Positions 1 to 7,320 of a stretch of DNA of 10,146 nt are shown here, piece by piece. How positions within the stretch are numbered: position 1 is the stretch's first letter; the number at the start of each line of letters is the position of its first letter. Under the pieces are notes generated by a model that was not told where the DNA came from, did no database searches, and saw only the letters and a list, made by a program, of their open reading frames with translations. The stretch is from the NCBI RefSeq assembly GCF_006345805.1, contig NW_021827063.1, positions 1 through 10,146 of the forward strand. Direction: 5' to 3'. Source of the stretch: Octopus sinensis (lineage: Eukaryota). A program made the translations under genes and the position numbers.

Positions 1-532
1 TCTCCTTCAAAGTAGTTTTTATGACTTCTTCAATGCTCGTATTGTAGCGCCCCAGTCACTTCGCAAAGGCCTCATGGAAATCTTCCAATGCGAAGGCATT
101 CATGGCCATTGTTACGGCTTCCTTCATTTCAATGTCTTCAAAACGACTACCCTTGAAGCCTTGAAGTTCTTTTTCAGCTTGGTGAACAACCAAAAGTCTC
201 AGAGAGCAAGTCTGGAATGTAAGGGTGGGCGAGGGACCGTTATGATACCCATATCTTCCAAATAGTTGGTTATCAGGATGGAATTATGAACTGGTGCATT
301 GTCCGCATTGTGCCACCGAGCTGAGTGGAAGAGCTCAGGTCTTTTACGATGAGATCTCTTCGTACATCCCATCAAAACTTCCACAAAGTGCACTTGGTTG
401 AATATCTGGCCGGAGGAAACCAGTGGACATAGTTGATGCCCTCGCTGTCGAGAAATAGGATTACCATGAGCTTCCTGATGGACTTGATATGCCTGGTCGT
501 CTTGGGTGCAAGGAGTTAGGATGCTTCCACTG
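1..532 (-). mobile_element. Degenerate Tc1/mariner (mariner-type) transposase, C-terminal catalytic half; pseudogene running off the window start
   Basis: Manual minus-strand translation across frameshifts gives QWKHPNS..KLMVILFLDSEGINYVHW..GQIFNQVHFVEVL..RKRPELFHSARWHNADNAPVHNSILITNYLEDMGIITVPRPP(Y-PDLA-like, frameshifted)*DFWLFTKLKKNFKGSRFEDIEMKEAV..EDFHEAFAK*LGRYN..YFEG. DNAPVH lies at 286-303. It has in-frame stops, frameshifts and an 8-bp tandem duplication CCTTGAAG (151-158/159-166). Confidence 0.93.
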
Positions 533-643
533 GGTAAACGCCCCGATCGCTTTCTGCAAACTAGTCCAATGTGACAAGCAGTGTTTAGTAGGGTGTATCC
601 AATGTGCTGTCACAATCAACTCCTTCAATTTGGAATAACAAAA

Positions 644-825
644 TTTGGCAGGTCGGCTTATTTAGTAAGGTCGGCTTGTATAGTAAGTTCGGCCTGTATA
701 GTAAGGTTGGCTTGTTTAGTAAGGTCGGCTTATTTAGTAAGGTCAGCTTGTATAGTAAGGTCGGCCTGTATAGTAAGGTCAGCTTGTATAGTAAGGTCGG
801 CTTGCATTTGGCAGGTCGGCCTATA
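644..825. repeat. 18-bp minisatellite, consensus TAGTAAGGTCGGCTTGTA: 8 core units (663-806) plus a variant unit at each end
   Basis: Units start at 663, 681, 699, 717, 735, 753, 771 and 789. An identical 15-mer ATTTGGCAGGTCGGC sits at 643-657 and 806-820. The array explains ORFs 581..835 and 604..846. Confidence 0.97.
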
Positions 826-873
826 TGTAATGTAAGGATATACTAAAATTATAATAATCTAAGACTGTGCATA

Positions 874-890
874 ACAGGCGAATCGCCTGT
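874..890. other. Short perfect hairpin ACAGGCG-AAT-CGCCTGT
   Basis: 7-bp perfect stem (874-880/884-890) with a 3-nt loop, followed directly by CTAA. Confidence 0.8.
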
Positions 891-904
891 CTAAACTGCC
901 GGTC

Positions 905-1230
905 CATGCACTCCTTTCATCTCTCGTCTCTTGAACCAGAGACTTCCTGTCAGATTGTACCATTGTACTTAATATAGCTCCCTCCTTCTCTTTCTCTCTG
1001 TCTCTCTCATTTTCTCTCTTTCTCTCCTTCTCCCCTTCTCTATCCCTCGCTCTCTCTTCGGACTCACTGACCTGCAAGCTATCAACTTTGGTGTCCCACA
1101 AGGTTCTGTGTTCTTTTCAACTTTCTTCCTGCTATACAACCGACAGCGTAGTTTCTGTACCCCACAAACGTCCACTCCTACTATTCAAACGTTATCACCA
1201 ATGATTCCTTCTTATCTTACCACACCCGTA
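905..1230 (+). mobile_element. Decayed non-LTR retrotransposon (LINE; CR1/L2/Jockey-type) reverse-transcriptase fragment interrupted by a CT-rich tract
   Basis: SSLVS*TRDFLSDCTIVLN (about 918-973) before the CT tract and AINFGVPQGSVFFSTFFLLYN after it (GVPQGSV at 1090-1110) match the LINE RT ..W..SFLS.R..V...GVPQGSVL.P.LFLLYIND block. A TNDSFLSY remnant lies roughly where YADDS is expected. Confidence 0.8.
978..1059. repeat. Imperfect (CT)n / pyrimidine tract
   Basis: Near-pure C/T run; source of the RE-rich minus ORFs 859..1101 and 969..1175. Confidence 0.95.
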
Positions 1231-1291
1231 CATTAATCAGCTACAACCTAACCCCAAACTTGCATTAACGGCGTGGCTTTCAAGATCACGT

Positions 1292-1526
1292 TGTAGGGCA
1301 GGATTCGTGACAGACGAACTGTAGACAGATACTTCACTGCGGGCTAGCTAGGAAGTTGGTCAGCAGGAAGACAGAATGACTTCCGGGGAAGGAGAAGGTA
1401 AACAGAAGAATGTAAACAGCGAGCGTTAAACGAATCTGAGTGAACTATACAGAAATAACTGCCGACTTAAGCCCTATTGTACCTAAAGTAATAAACCTTT
1501 GGTAAATGTAGTCTCGTCCCCACTAA
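1292..1526 (+). mobile_element. Probable solo LTR (Gypsy-like), degraded 3' end
   Basis: Begins TGTAGGG (1292), has a purine-rich middle and AATAAA at 1490-1495, and ends ..GTCTCGTCCCCACTAA, a degenerate counterpart of the expected CCCTACA. No clear target-site duplication. Confidence 0.55.
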
Positions 1527-1537
1527 TTTGTTTGCGT

Positions 1538-1735
1538 ATTCCTGGACCGGGCGATGCGTCGTGTTCTTGAGCAAAACACTTCATTTAACGTTGCTCCAGT
1601 CTACTCAGCTGGCAAAAATAAGTAACGCAGTGATGGACTGGCGTCCCGTCCAGCTGGGGAACACATACGCCATTGAAACCGGGAAACCGGGCTCATGAGC
1701 CTGGCTTAGGCTTTAAATGGGCGCATTTGCTATTT
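1538..1735 (+). mobile_element. 5'-truncated tRNA-derived SINE, sharing its head-proximal segment with the copies at 3883-4260 and 6578-6876 but with a different 3' module
   Basis: ATTCCTGGACCGGGCG..TTGAGCAAAACAC (1538-1580) aligns with ATTCCCAGACCGGGCG..TTGAGCGAAAACAC in the reverse complement of the 4260 copy. It ends in a (TATT)-like tail. Confidence 0.8.
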
Positions 1736-1795
1736 TATTATTTATAGCTTAACAAAGCTATGACATCCTCTCCACTTTGCATTGTCCATATTTAG

Positions 1796-2040
1796 CTTTT
1801 ATCCTTTACTGGACTGTGACCATGCGAGGGAACATCAACCCCAGTACGTAGTTGTTGTTTTTTGTTAGTTTGTTTTTTCATAGTCTGTATTTATTCTATC
1901 GGGTTTCTTTAGGATGAACTGCAAAGTTATGGGAACACGAACAAACCGGCACCAGTTGTCAAGCGGTAGTGGTCAACAAACACAGATATAAACACGCACA
2001 CACACATACACACACACACACACACATACACACACGCACA

Positions 2041-2073
<33 letters not shown>

Positions 2074-2256
2074 GCCACACACACACACACACACCTCAGG
2101 CATCCATACAGTTTCCGTCAATCAAATTCGCTCATAAGGCTTTGGTCGGCCCAGGACTATAGCAGAAGACATCTGTTCAACATGCTACGCAGTGGGGCTT
2201 AACCAGAAGCCAGTGGCTGCAAAGTGAGTTTCTTGACCATTCAACTGTGCCTGCCC
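1796..2256 (-). mobile_element. tRNA-derived SINE with internal (CA)n/(TG)n microsatellite (1977-2095)
   Basis: Degenerate A/B-box-like head on the minus strand near 2195-2256. The segment AAGGCTTTGGTCGGCCCAGGACTATAGCAGAAGACA (~2137-2171) recurs in degraded form at ~4832-4868. The layout matches an octopus SINE family as I recall it. Confidence 0.8.
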
Positions 2257-2369
2257 TATGTCCAAAAATATTGCCCAAAATTCCAGTCAACTAGTTTAAC
2301 TTGAGTTATCTCCCTTGCTTTTGTTTTGATTTTTTAAACACTCTGATAGGGGGAGGTTTTTCTCTATAC

Positions 2370-2415
2370 GCTGCTTGAATGATCTCCGAAATGCTAGAAA
2401 TAGCATTTCAGGCAG
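2370..2415 (+). repeat. Fragment of interspersed repeat 'family X' (GCTAGAAATAGCA core) forming a hairpin
   Basis: The core motif recurs at 8688-8703 (minus) and, degraded, at 9033-9044. Perfect 9-bp stem GAAATGCTA/TAGCATTTC (2388-2396/2401-2409) with a GAAA loop. Confidence 0.55.
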
Positions 2416-2517
2416 TGCTCCAGTATAATCCTGGCTTCGTTTGCGAGAGCAAACTATAAGATAAATAAATAATAGTACACAGGACCGTCTAAGATAATAA
2501 AGAACACGAAAAACCTG

Positions 2518-2602
2518 GCCTCGGTGAGATTTGAACTCAGAAAGCCAGAACAAACACTACAAGATATTCTATTTGACCATGTAACAACTCTGCCACTTCA
2601 CC
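2518..2602 (-). mobile_element. Head-only fragment of the SINE family seen full-length at 9391-9612
   Basis: The reverse complement of 2519-2542 (TTCTGAGTTCAAATCTCACCGAGG) matches 9459-9482 at 20/24 nt, including the B box. An A-box-like GTGGCAGAGTTG lies upstream. Confidence 0.8.
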
Positions 2603-2649
2603 GACTTGGTGTTTCTTTTTTCTTTTCTTTTCTTTTTTTTTGCCTTCGC

Positions 2650-2899
2650 AAAACACACTCACCCACATACATACACAATCATAAACACACACAACATACA
2701 TGCATATCACACATATACATATACAAACACAGACAGAATTCACACACAAGCACAATACACACACTACGCAAACACATATATACACACAAACGCATACACA
2801 TACACACACACGCACAACACACTCACCGCGCAACACACAGATAGACACACACGCACACACAAACACCATACACGCACAAAAAACATATACACACATACA

Positions 2900-2955
<56 letters not shown>
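2650..2955. repeat. Compound CA-rich low-complexity tract ending in (CT)n (2902-2942) and (CA)n
   Basis: Direct inspection; explains the H/T-rich and C/V-rich ORFs between 2524 and 3010. Confidence 0.97.
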
Positions 2956-2956
<1 letters not shown>

Positions 2957-3099
2957 CCTTAGACATAAATAGACTTGTGTACTCAAGCATAAATTTATTT
3001 TTCCTTCCATTGAATAATTGTGTGGCTTGCAGGAGCTCTAGACATGCTCTCTACACCCACATTACATATACGTACTTACCCCCCCACAACAGCACACAC

Positions 3100-3229
3100 T
3101 ATATATATATATATGTAATGTATGTATATATATACATATATACATATATTCTATATATATTATATATATATTATATATTATATACACACACATACCACAT
3201 AATATACATCTATATATATATATACATAT

Positions 3230-3263
<34 letters not shown>

Positions 3264-3338
3264 ATATACATATATATAATAATATATACATATATATATA
3301 TGTGTGTATATATAATATATATATATATATATGTATGT

Positions 3339-3372
<34 letters not shown>

Positions 3373-3465
3373 ATGTATATATATATATATATGTATGTAT
3401 ATATATATGTATATATATATATATATATGATGTATATATATATATGTAATATATAATCTATAATG

Positions 3466-3514
<49 letters not shown>
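3100..3514. repeat. ~415-bp imperfect (TA)n microsatellite
   Basis: Direct inspection; explains the Y/I-rich ORFs between 2977 and 3430. Confidence 0.98.
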
Positions 3515-3551
3515 ATACCGTAGCTTAATTAATGCGGTTCATTACTTATAG

Positions 3552-3707
3552 ATGAAGTTCGCTTAGCTCTAAAAAAAAAGATAGAAGCCAAAAAAAGAAT
3601 GAGATATGTGGGACAAATGCGTCGAGTTATTGTGAACGTTCCAGCTGAAGGAATATTTGGTGCTGTTGTTGATGGAATCACGCTTCGTTATTTGATATTG
3701 GACCAAG
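3552..3707 (+). CDS. Internal coding exon (156 nt, phase 1 to phase 1) of an unidentified protein: xEVRLALKKKIEAKKRMRYVGQMRRVIVNVPAEGIFGAVVDGITLRYLILDQx
   Basis: Branch-like CTTAAT (3523-3528), acceptor TTATAG| (AG 3550-3551), and strong donor CAAG|GTAGGT (GT 3708-3709). The length is a multiple of 3, the frame is stop-free through two A-runs, and the protein-like unique sequence sits between repeats. Confidence 0.75.
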
Positions 3708-3882
3708 GTAGGTCCTGAGGTATTTTCTCTTTCTCTCCCATGAATACGTATAGAAGCCTGTTGAAATATGCAAGTAATTACAACAAAACTAAGAAACACG
3801 CTTCGTTAAACAAGGCTTCATTAAACATCCATAATATGGTTGACCTTTATATTGCTCGTTATTGTTGTTATTGTAGTTGCTC

Positions 3883-4260
3883 TTTGTTTGTTTGTTTGTT
3901 TGTTTGTTGAGCGAAGCGGTCTTCATCCCATTAGTGGGAGAAGTCCGAAACGCGGTCTTTTGCTATTCGTAAGACCCGCAGAAGAGAAAGCAAGTCAACC
4001 ATCCCTCGACACCGAGAGCATCGACGGATGGACGAATGCGCATCCAAGTTCAGCGGTTGCGTAGGATGTCGAGGACAAGAAGCAGGAAGAACGAGTGAGA
4101 GAAAGTTGGGGCGAAAGAGTACAACAGGGGTTGCCACCACCCGCTGCCGGAACCTCGTGGAGCTTTAGGTGTTTTCGCTCAATAAACACACACAACGCCC
4201 GGTCTGGGAATCGAAACCGCGATCCTCCGACCGCGAGTCCGCTGCCCTAACCATTGCGCC
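3883..4260 (-). mobile_element. Near full-length, well-preserved tRNA-derived SINE with a structured 3' module and (CAAA)n tail
   Basis: Head GGCGCAATGGTTAGGGCAGCGG, B box GGTTTCGATTCC (4207-4218), and tail (TTTG)n on the plus strand at 3883-3908. The first ~180 nt are homologous to 6690-6876. Confidence 0.92.
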
Positions 4261-4632
4261 TCCACTGCAGTTGATGATGTCGGAGTAGTGATGGCAAATG
4301 TATGATATGCTTGCCTGCAATGACCTGCGATTGGCTTTGGTGATACGCTTTGAAATTTATAGAATATAAAATATGTCTTGCAATATCATGCAACAAGTTT
4401 ATCTATAAGATAGACTGAAATAAATTTAAGTATTAGAAAAACTCAGCTGGAAAAGGAAATTATGAATATGTAGATATATTCCTTTTTTGCTTTTGGTGTG
4501 TGGAAAAGCAGTGGGCAGACCGCTGACATACCGTTTCGTAGTTTGTTGACCGCCCTTCAGACGTGGCGTATCTAGCTTTCTCCCCCAAGTCGATAGCATA
4601 GAACATTCAGTTAATATAAAAAGGAGTAAAAA

Positions 4633-4905
4633 GATTGTTCAATTAACTGAATTGCCTGTTCCTGAATTAACGTGTGAGGCACTGAGGATTCCACAGACGC
4701 GTGTTTCCTTAACGTAATTCTCGGGCAGAATCAGCGTGACCCAGTGTATGACACGGCTGTACATTTCGAATTACTGGTACAATCCACTCGATGGGCTTTT
4801 ATATGGTTTTTGTCAACCTAATTTCACAAATAAAGTATAGGTCGCCCGGAGACTATAGAAGAAAACACTAACTCAAAATGACCCATGGTTGCCGACAGAA
4901 CTTCT
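4633..4905 (-). mobile_element. Degraded SINE pieces: a 3' module (4633-4782) next to a fragment of the 1796-2256 family (4794-4905)
   Basis: 4832-4868 aligns to 2137-2171 within the window. 4633-4782 is assigned only from recalled resemblance to an octopus SINE 3' module. Confidence 0.55.
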
Positions 4906-4936
4906 AATTTTCTGTGTCGTTCCGCACAGTTTTCAG

Positions 4937-4998
4937 AGAGAGAGCTTAACCACTTCAAAGAGCAGAAAGTTCAGTTGATTGAACAACTAACAAAATAG
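4937..4998 (+). CDS. Candidate terminal coding exon, phase 1, in frame with 3552-3707: (E)RELNHFKEQKVQLIEQLTK*
   Basis: Branch point CTAAT (4904-4908), pyrimidine-rich tract, and TTTTCAG| acceptor (AG 4935-4936). The junction CAAG+AG gives CAA GAG, then a coiled-coil-like peptide to TAG at 4996-4998. Confidence 0.45.
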
Positions 4999-5195
4999 TT
5001 ATCATTGAAACCAACAAAGATCTATTCCATACAGTAGTGTAAACGCCATGATGTGACTCCCAAGTGGCAACATGGAACATCGTATGGCGATAAGTGACAC
5101 CATGTGGAACCATGGGGCACAAAATATCTGTCTAAACTAATCTAATGGAAGCTTTATGCATATTTTCCTTTTCTGTCTTTCGCCTTTTTCTGATT

Positions 5196-5292
5196 ATCAC
5201 CATCATCATCATCATCATCCTCCTCCTCCTCCTCCTCATCATCATCATCATCATCATCATCATCACCACCACCACCACCACTACCACCATCA

Positions 5293-5328
<36 letters not shown>
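5196..5328. repeat. Compound trinucleotide microsatellite (CAT)n(CCT)n(CAT)n(CAC)n(CAT)n
   Basis: Direct inspection; explains ORFs 5145..5336 and 5156..5356. Confidence 0.97.
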
Positions 5329-5704
5329 TCAGATAGTCGTTTTGCTCTTGACGTGACTAATTACTAGCTATTGTGAGCACTTGACTATTGTTATTTTTTT
5401 CTCTTTTCCTAATCGATCAATCAATACTACTTGTTGATGGCAAAGTATTTCAGAACACAGATTTATAGTACGTTGTGAGACGGACTAAAATCCGGTTCAT
5501 TTTCTCTGTAACAATACTGTTTATTTATCGTCAGCCATTTTGTCGATTCTGCCGATTCGGTTTTGTGATTCTAAAATATTGATATTTCCTGCAGAAAACC
5601 TTTTATTATTTTCTTTCAATTCATTAGAGAAATTTACATTATTTAGAAACAAATATGCATCAGCTCCAACCGAAACACATTGTTACACCGTAGAAAATGC
5701 CAAC

Positions 5705-5870
5705 GTCTTACGTTCTGAGCTCAAAGCCTGGTGAGATTGACTCGCCGCTGAATCTTTTTGAAGTCCGAAAAATAAAGCAACAGCCATTTATTTAGGTCGA
5801 AATGACTGCCTATTCCCTCAGCCTCCGCCACCCTCTCACCAAATTTCTGTCTTTATATCTATGTCAGAAA
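5705..5870 (+). mobile_element. Degraded copy of the 9391-9612 SINE family
   Basis: ACGTTCTGAGCTCAAAG..AAAATAAAG..GGTCGAAATGACTG..CCAAATTTC parallels ACGTTCTGAGTTCAAAT..AAAATAAG..GGTCGATGTAATCG..CCAAATTTC at 9457-9595. Confidence 0.65.
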
Positions 5871-5894
5871 TCCCTATATTATTTTAGCAGGGAT

Positions 5895-6015
5895 CCAGAA
5901 CCCACCGAGAACAACTCAATCATCCTGCGAGGAACTGATAAAATAAAAATTCCTACCTAAATGAACTGGAGTCAGTATAATTGACGATACCTTTCCCCGA
6001 AATCAACCTTGTGTT
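5895..6015 (+). mobile_element. Second, more degraded tandem copy (3' part) of the same SINE family
   Basis: CCACCGAG..GATAAAATAAAA..ACTGGAGTCAGTATAATTGAC..TCCCCGAAAT parallels TGCCGAG..GATAAAATAAGA..ACTGGGGTCGATGTAATCGAT..CCCCCGAAAT at 9475-9580. Confidence 0.6.
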
Positions 6016-6020
6016 ATGAA

Positions 6021-6180
6021 CACACATACATACATACATAAACATACATACATACATACATAATACACACACACACACATATATACATATATACACTACA
6101 TATATTACATCATACATACATACATACATACATACATACATACATACAAGTATATATATATATATATATATTATATATAA

Positions 6181-6215
<35 letters not shown>
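6021..6215. repeat. Compound (CATA)n/(CA)n/(TA)n microsatellite
   Basis: Direct inspection; explains ORF 5953..6288. Confidence 0.97.
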
Positions 6216-6219
<4 letters not shown>

Positions 6220-6577
6220 TATTATATGTAAAAAAAATACAAACTGTGACAAGAATGCATAACACTTAGAAGACGATACAACAAACACAGACAGGACATT
6301 CGAAGCCCTCAGTCTTCAGTCAAGAACCGGATCATCGTAGTGCAGCACAGAATTTTGTCAGTGAACAGGTCGCGGTCTCAAAGCGACGAAAATATTTTGA
6401 CAAATTTAATTTAAATGTTGAAGTGAATCTAACGGTTTTCGTGTTTCCTAAATGGCTTATAAACACCTTCCACGCTGAAATTGTTTTCGTTCCTGCATAC
6501 GATCTCAGATCAGGTCAGTTGCTATGCAAGTACATCTCCGTAATATATAATATATTATATATATATATAATATTATA

Positions 6578-6876
6578 TCACGTGACCGACCAGGCTATCA
6601 GATGTTGCTACACATCGCTGGTCACAATGCGCTTCGCATTGTTTCAGCCTTCAAATGACGCCACCCAACTGGCTAAGCGAGCAGGCCAACAGAAGAAAGA
6701 GTGAAAGTTGCAGCAAAAGAGTACAGCAGGGGTCGCCACCCACCCCTACCGGAGCCTCATGGAACTTTAGGTGTTTTCGCTCAATAAACACACACAAATT
6801 GTGTGAAAATTGTCTGAAAATTGAAACCGCGATTCTGCAACCGTGAGTCCACTGCCCTAACCACTGGGCCATTGCG
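6578..6876 (-). mobile_element. tRNA-derived SINE with the same head as 3883-4260 and an unrelated 3' module ending in a TA-rich tail
   Basis: Intact A box TGGCCCAGTGG (6861-6871) and a mutated B box (GGTTTCAATTTT). TTTAGGTGTTTTCGCTCAATAAACACACACAA is identical in both copies (4165-4196 vs 6767-6798). Confidence 0.9.
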
Positions 6877-6882
6877 TTTCTA

Positions 6883-6933
6883 CAACACACACACACACAC
6901 ACACACACACAACACACCCACACATATATATAT

Positions 6934-6969
<36 letters not shown>

Positions 6970-7074
6970 TATAATATATATATATATATAGTGTGTGTGT
7001 TGTGTGTGTGTGTGTGTGTGTATACTATATATATATATATATGTATGTATGTATGTATGTGTGTATATACACAC
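6883..7074. repeat. (CA)n-(TA)n-(TG)n self-complementary microsatellite, then (TA)n(TATG)n
   Basis: Direct inspection; explains ORFs 6651..6938 (in part) and 6880..7074. Confidence 0.97.
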
Positions 7075-7320
7075 GAGAGAAATCGTATAATGAAATTTAT
7101 TTAACCATTCGAAAATTCATATATCACAACAAATTGTTTCCTAACTTAAAATAACTTAAAGATAAGATATTTTGTTATATTTGATAATAAATAAATTGCT
7201 TACATTAAAGAAATTGCTTATATTGTCTGCATTAATTTAAATAATCCTTTAAAACCATGCAGAAATTAAGCTTCCTCATCAGCTGAGAGAAAAATCCTTA
7301 AATACTAAAGTCTCGACGTA

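Noticed and set aside
74-265. Plus-strand 63-aa ORF
   Set aside because: Antisense shadow of the mariner transposase remnant.
581-846. Repetitive ORFs (SKVGLY)n and (VRSACI)n, and a possible CRISPR-like array
   Set aside because: Both ORFs are translations of the 18-bp minisatellite. The units are contiguous with no unique spacers, and the context is eukaryotic.
3031-3071. Possible small phase-1 exon (TTGCAG|..ATAC|GTACTT) upstream of the main exon
   Set aside because: Weak donor and non-descript 13-codon peptide; expected by chance.
3074-3079. Perfect GTAAGT donor on the minus strand
   Set aside because: Upstream sequence on that strand is (TA)n microsatellite with no exon or acceptor.
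1927-3430. Many 64-157 aa ORFs rich in C/V, H/T or Y/I
   Set aside because: Dinucleotide repeats lack stop codons in these frames; not genes.
4180-4260. tRNA gene
   Set aside because: The tRNA-like head has no complete cloverleaf and continues into a SINE body and tail. The same applies to 6800-6876 and 9391-9480.
4272-4300. Possible micro-exon CTGCAG|TTGATGATGTC..AAT|GTATGA
   Set aside because: The acceptor's upstream tract is a SINE head rather than a pyrimidine tract; only ~10 codons and no further support.
5145-5356. Poly-His/poly-Pro and poly-Ile/Thr/Ser ORFs as metal-binding or low-complexity proteins
   Set aside because: Entirely explained by the compound triplet microsatellite; no convincing splice or start context.
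6295-6322. Minus-strand CTGAAGA..CGAAT resembling a hammerhead core
   Set aside because: GAAA is not intact and no stem II can form between the motifs.
6423-6704. 93-aa plus ORF
   Set aside because: Runs through a TA tract and the antisense SINE tail; chimeric by-product.
7270-7285. Minus-strand CTGATGAG hammerhead-like motif
   Set aside because: No GAAA follows the putative stem II.
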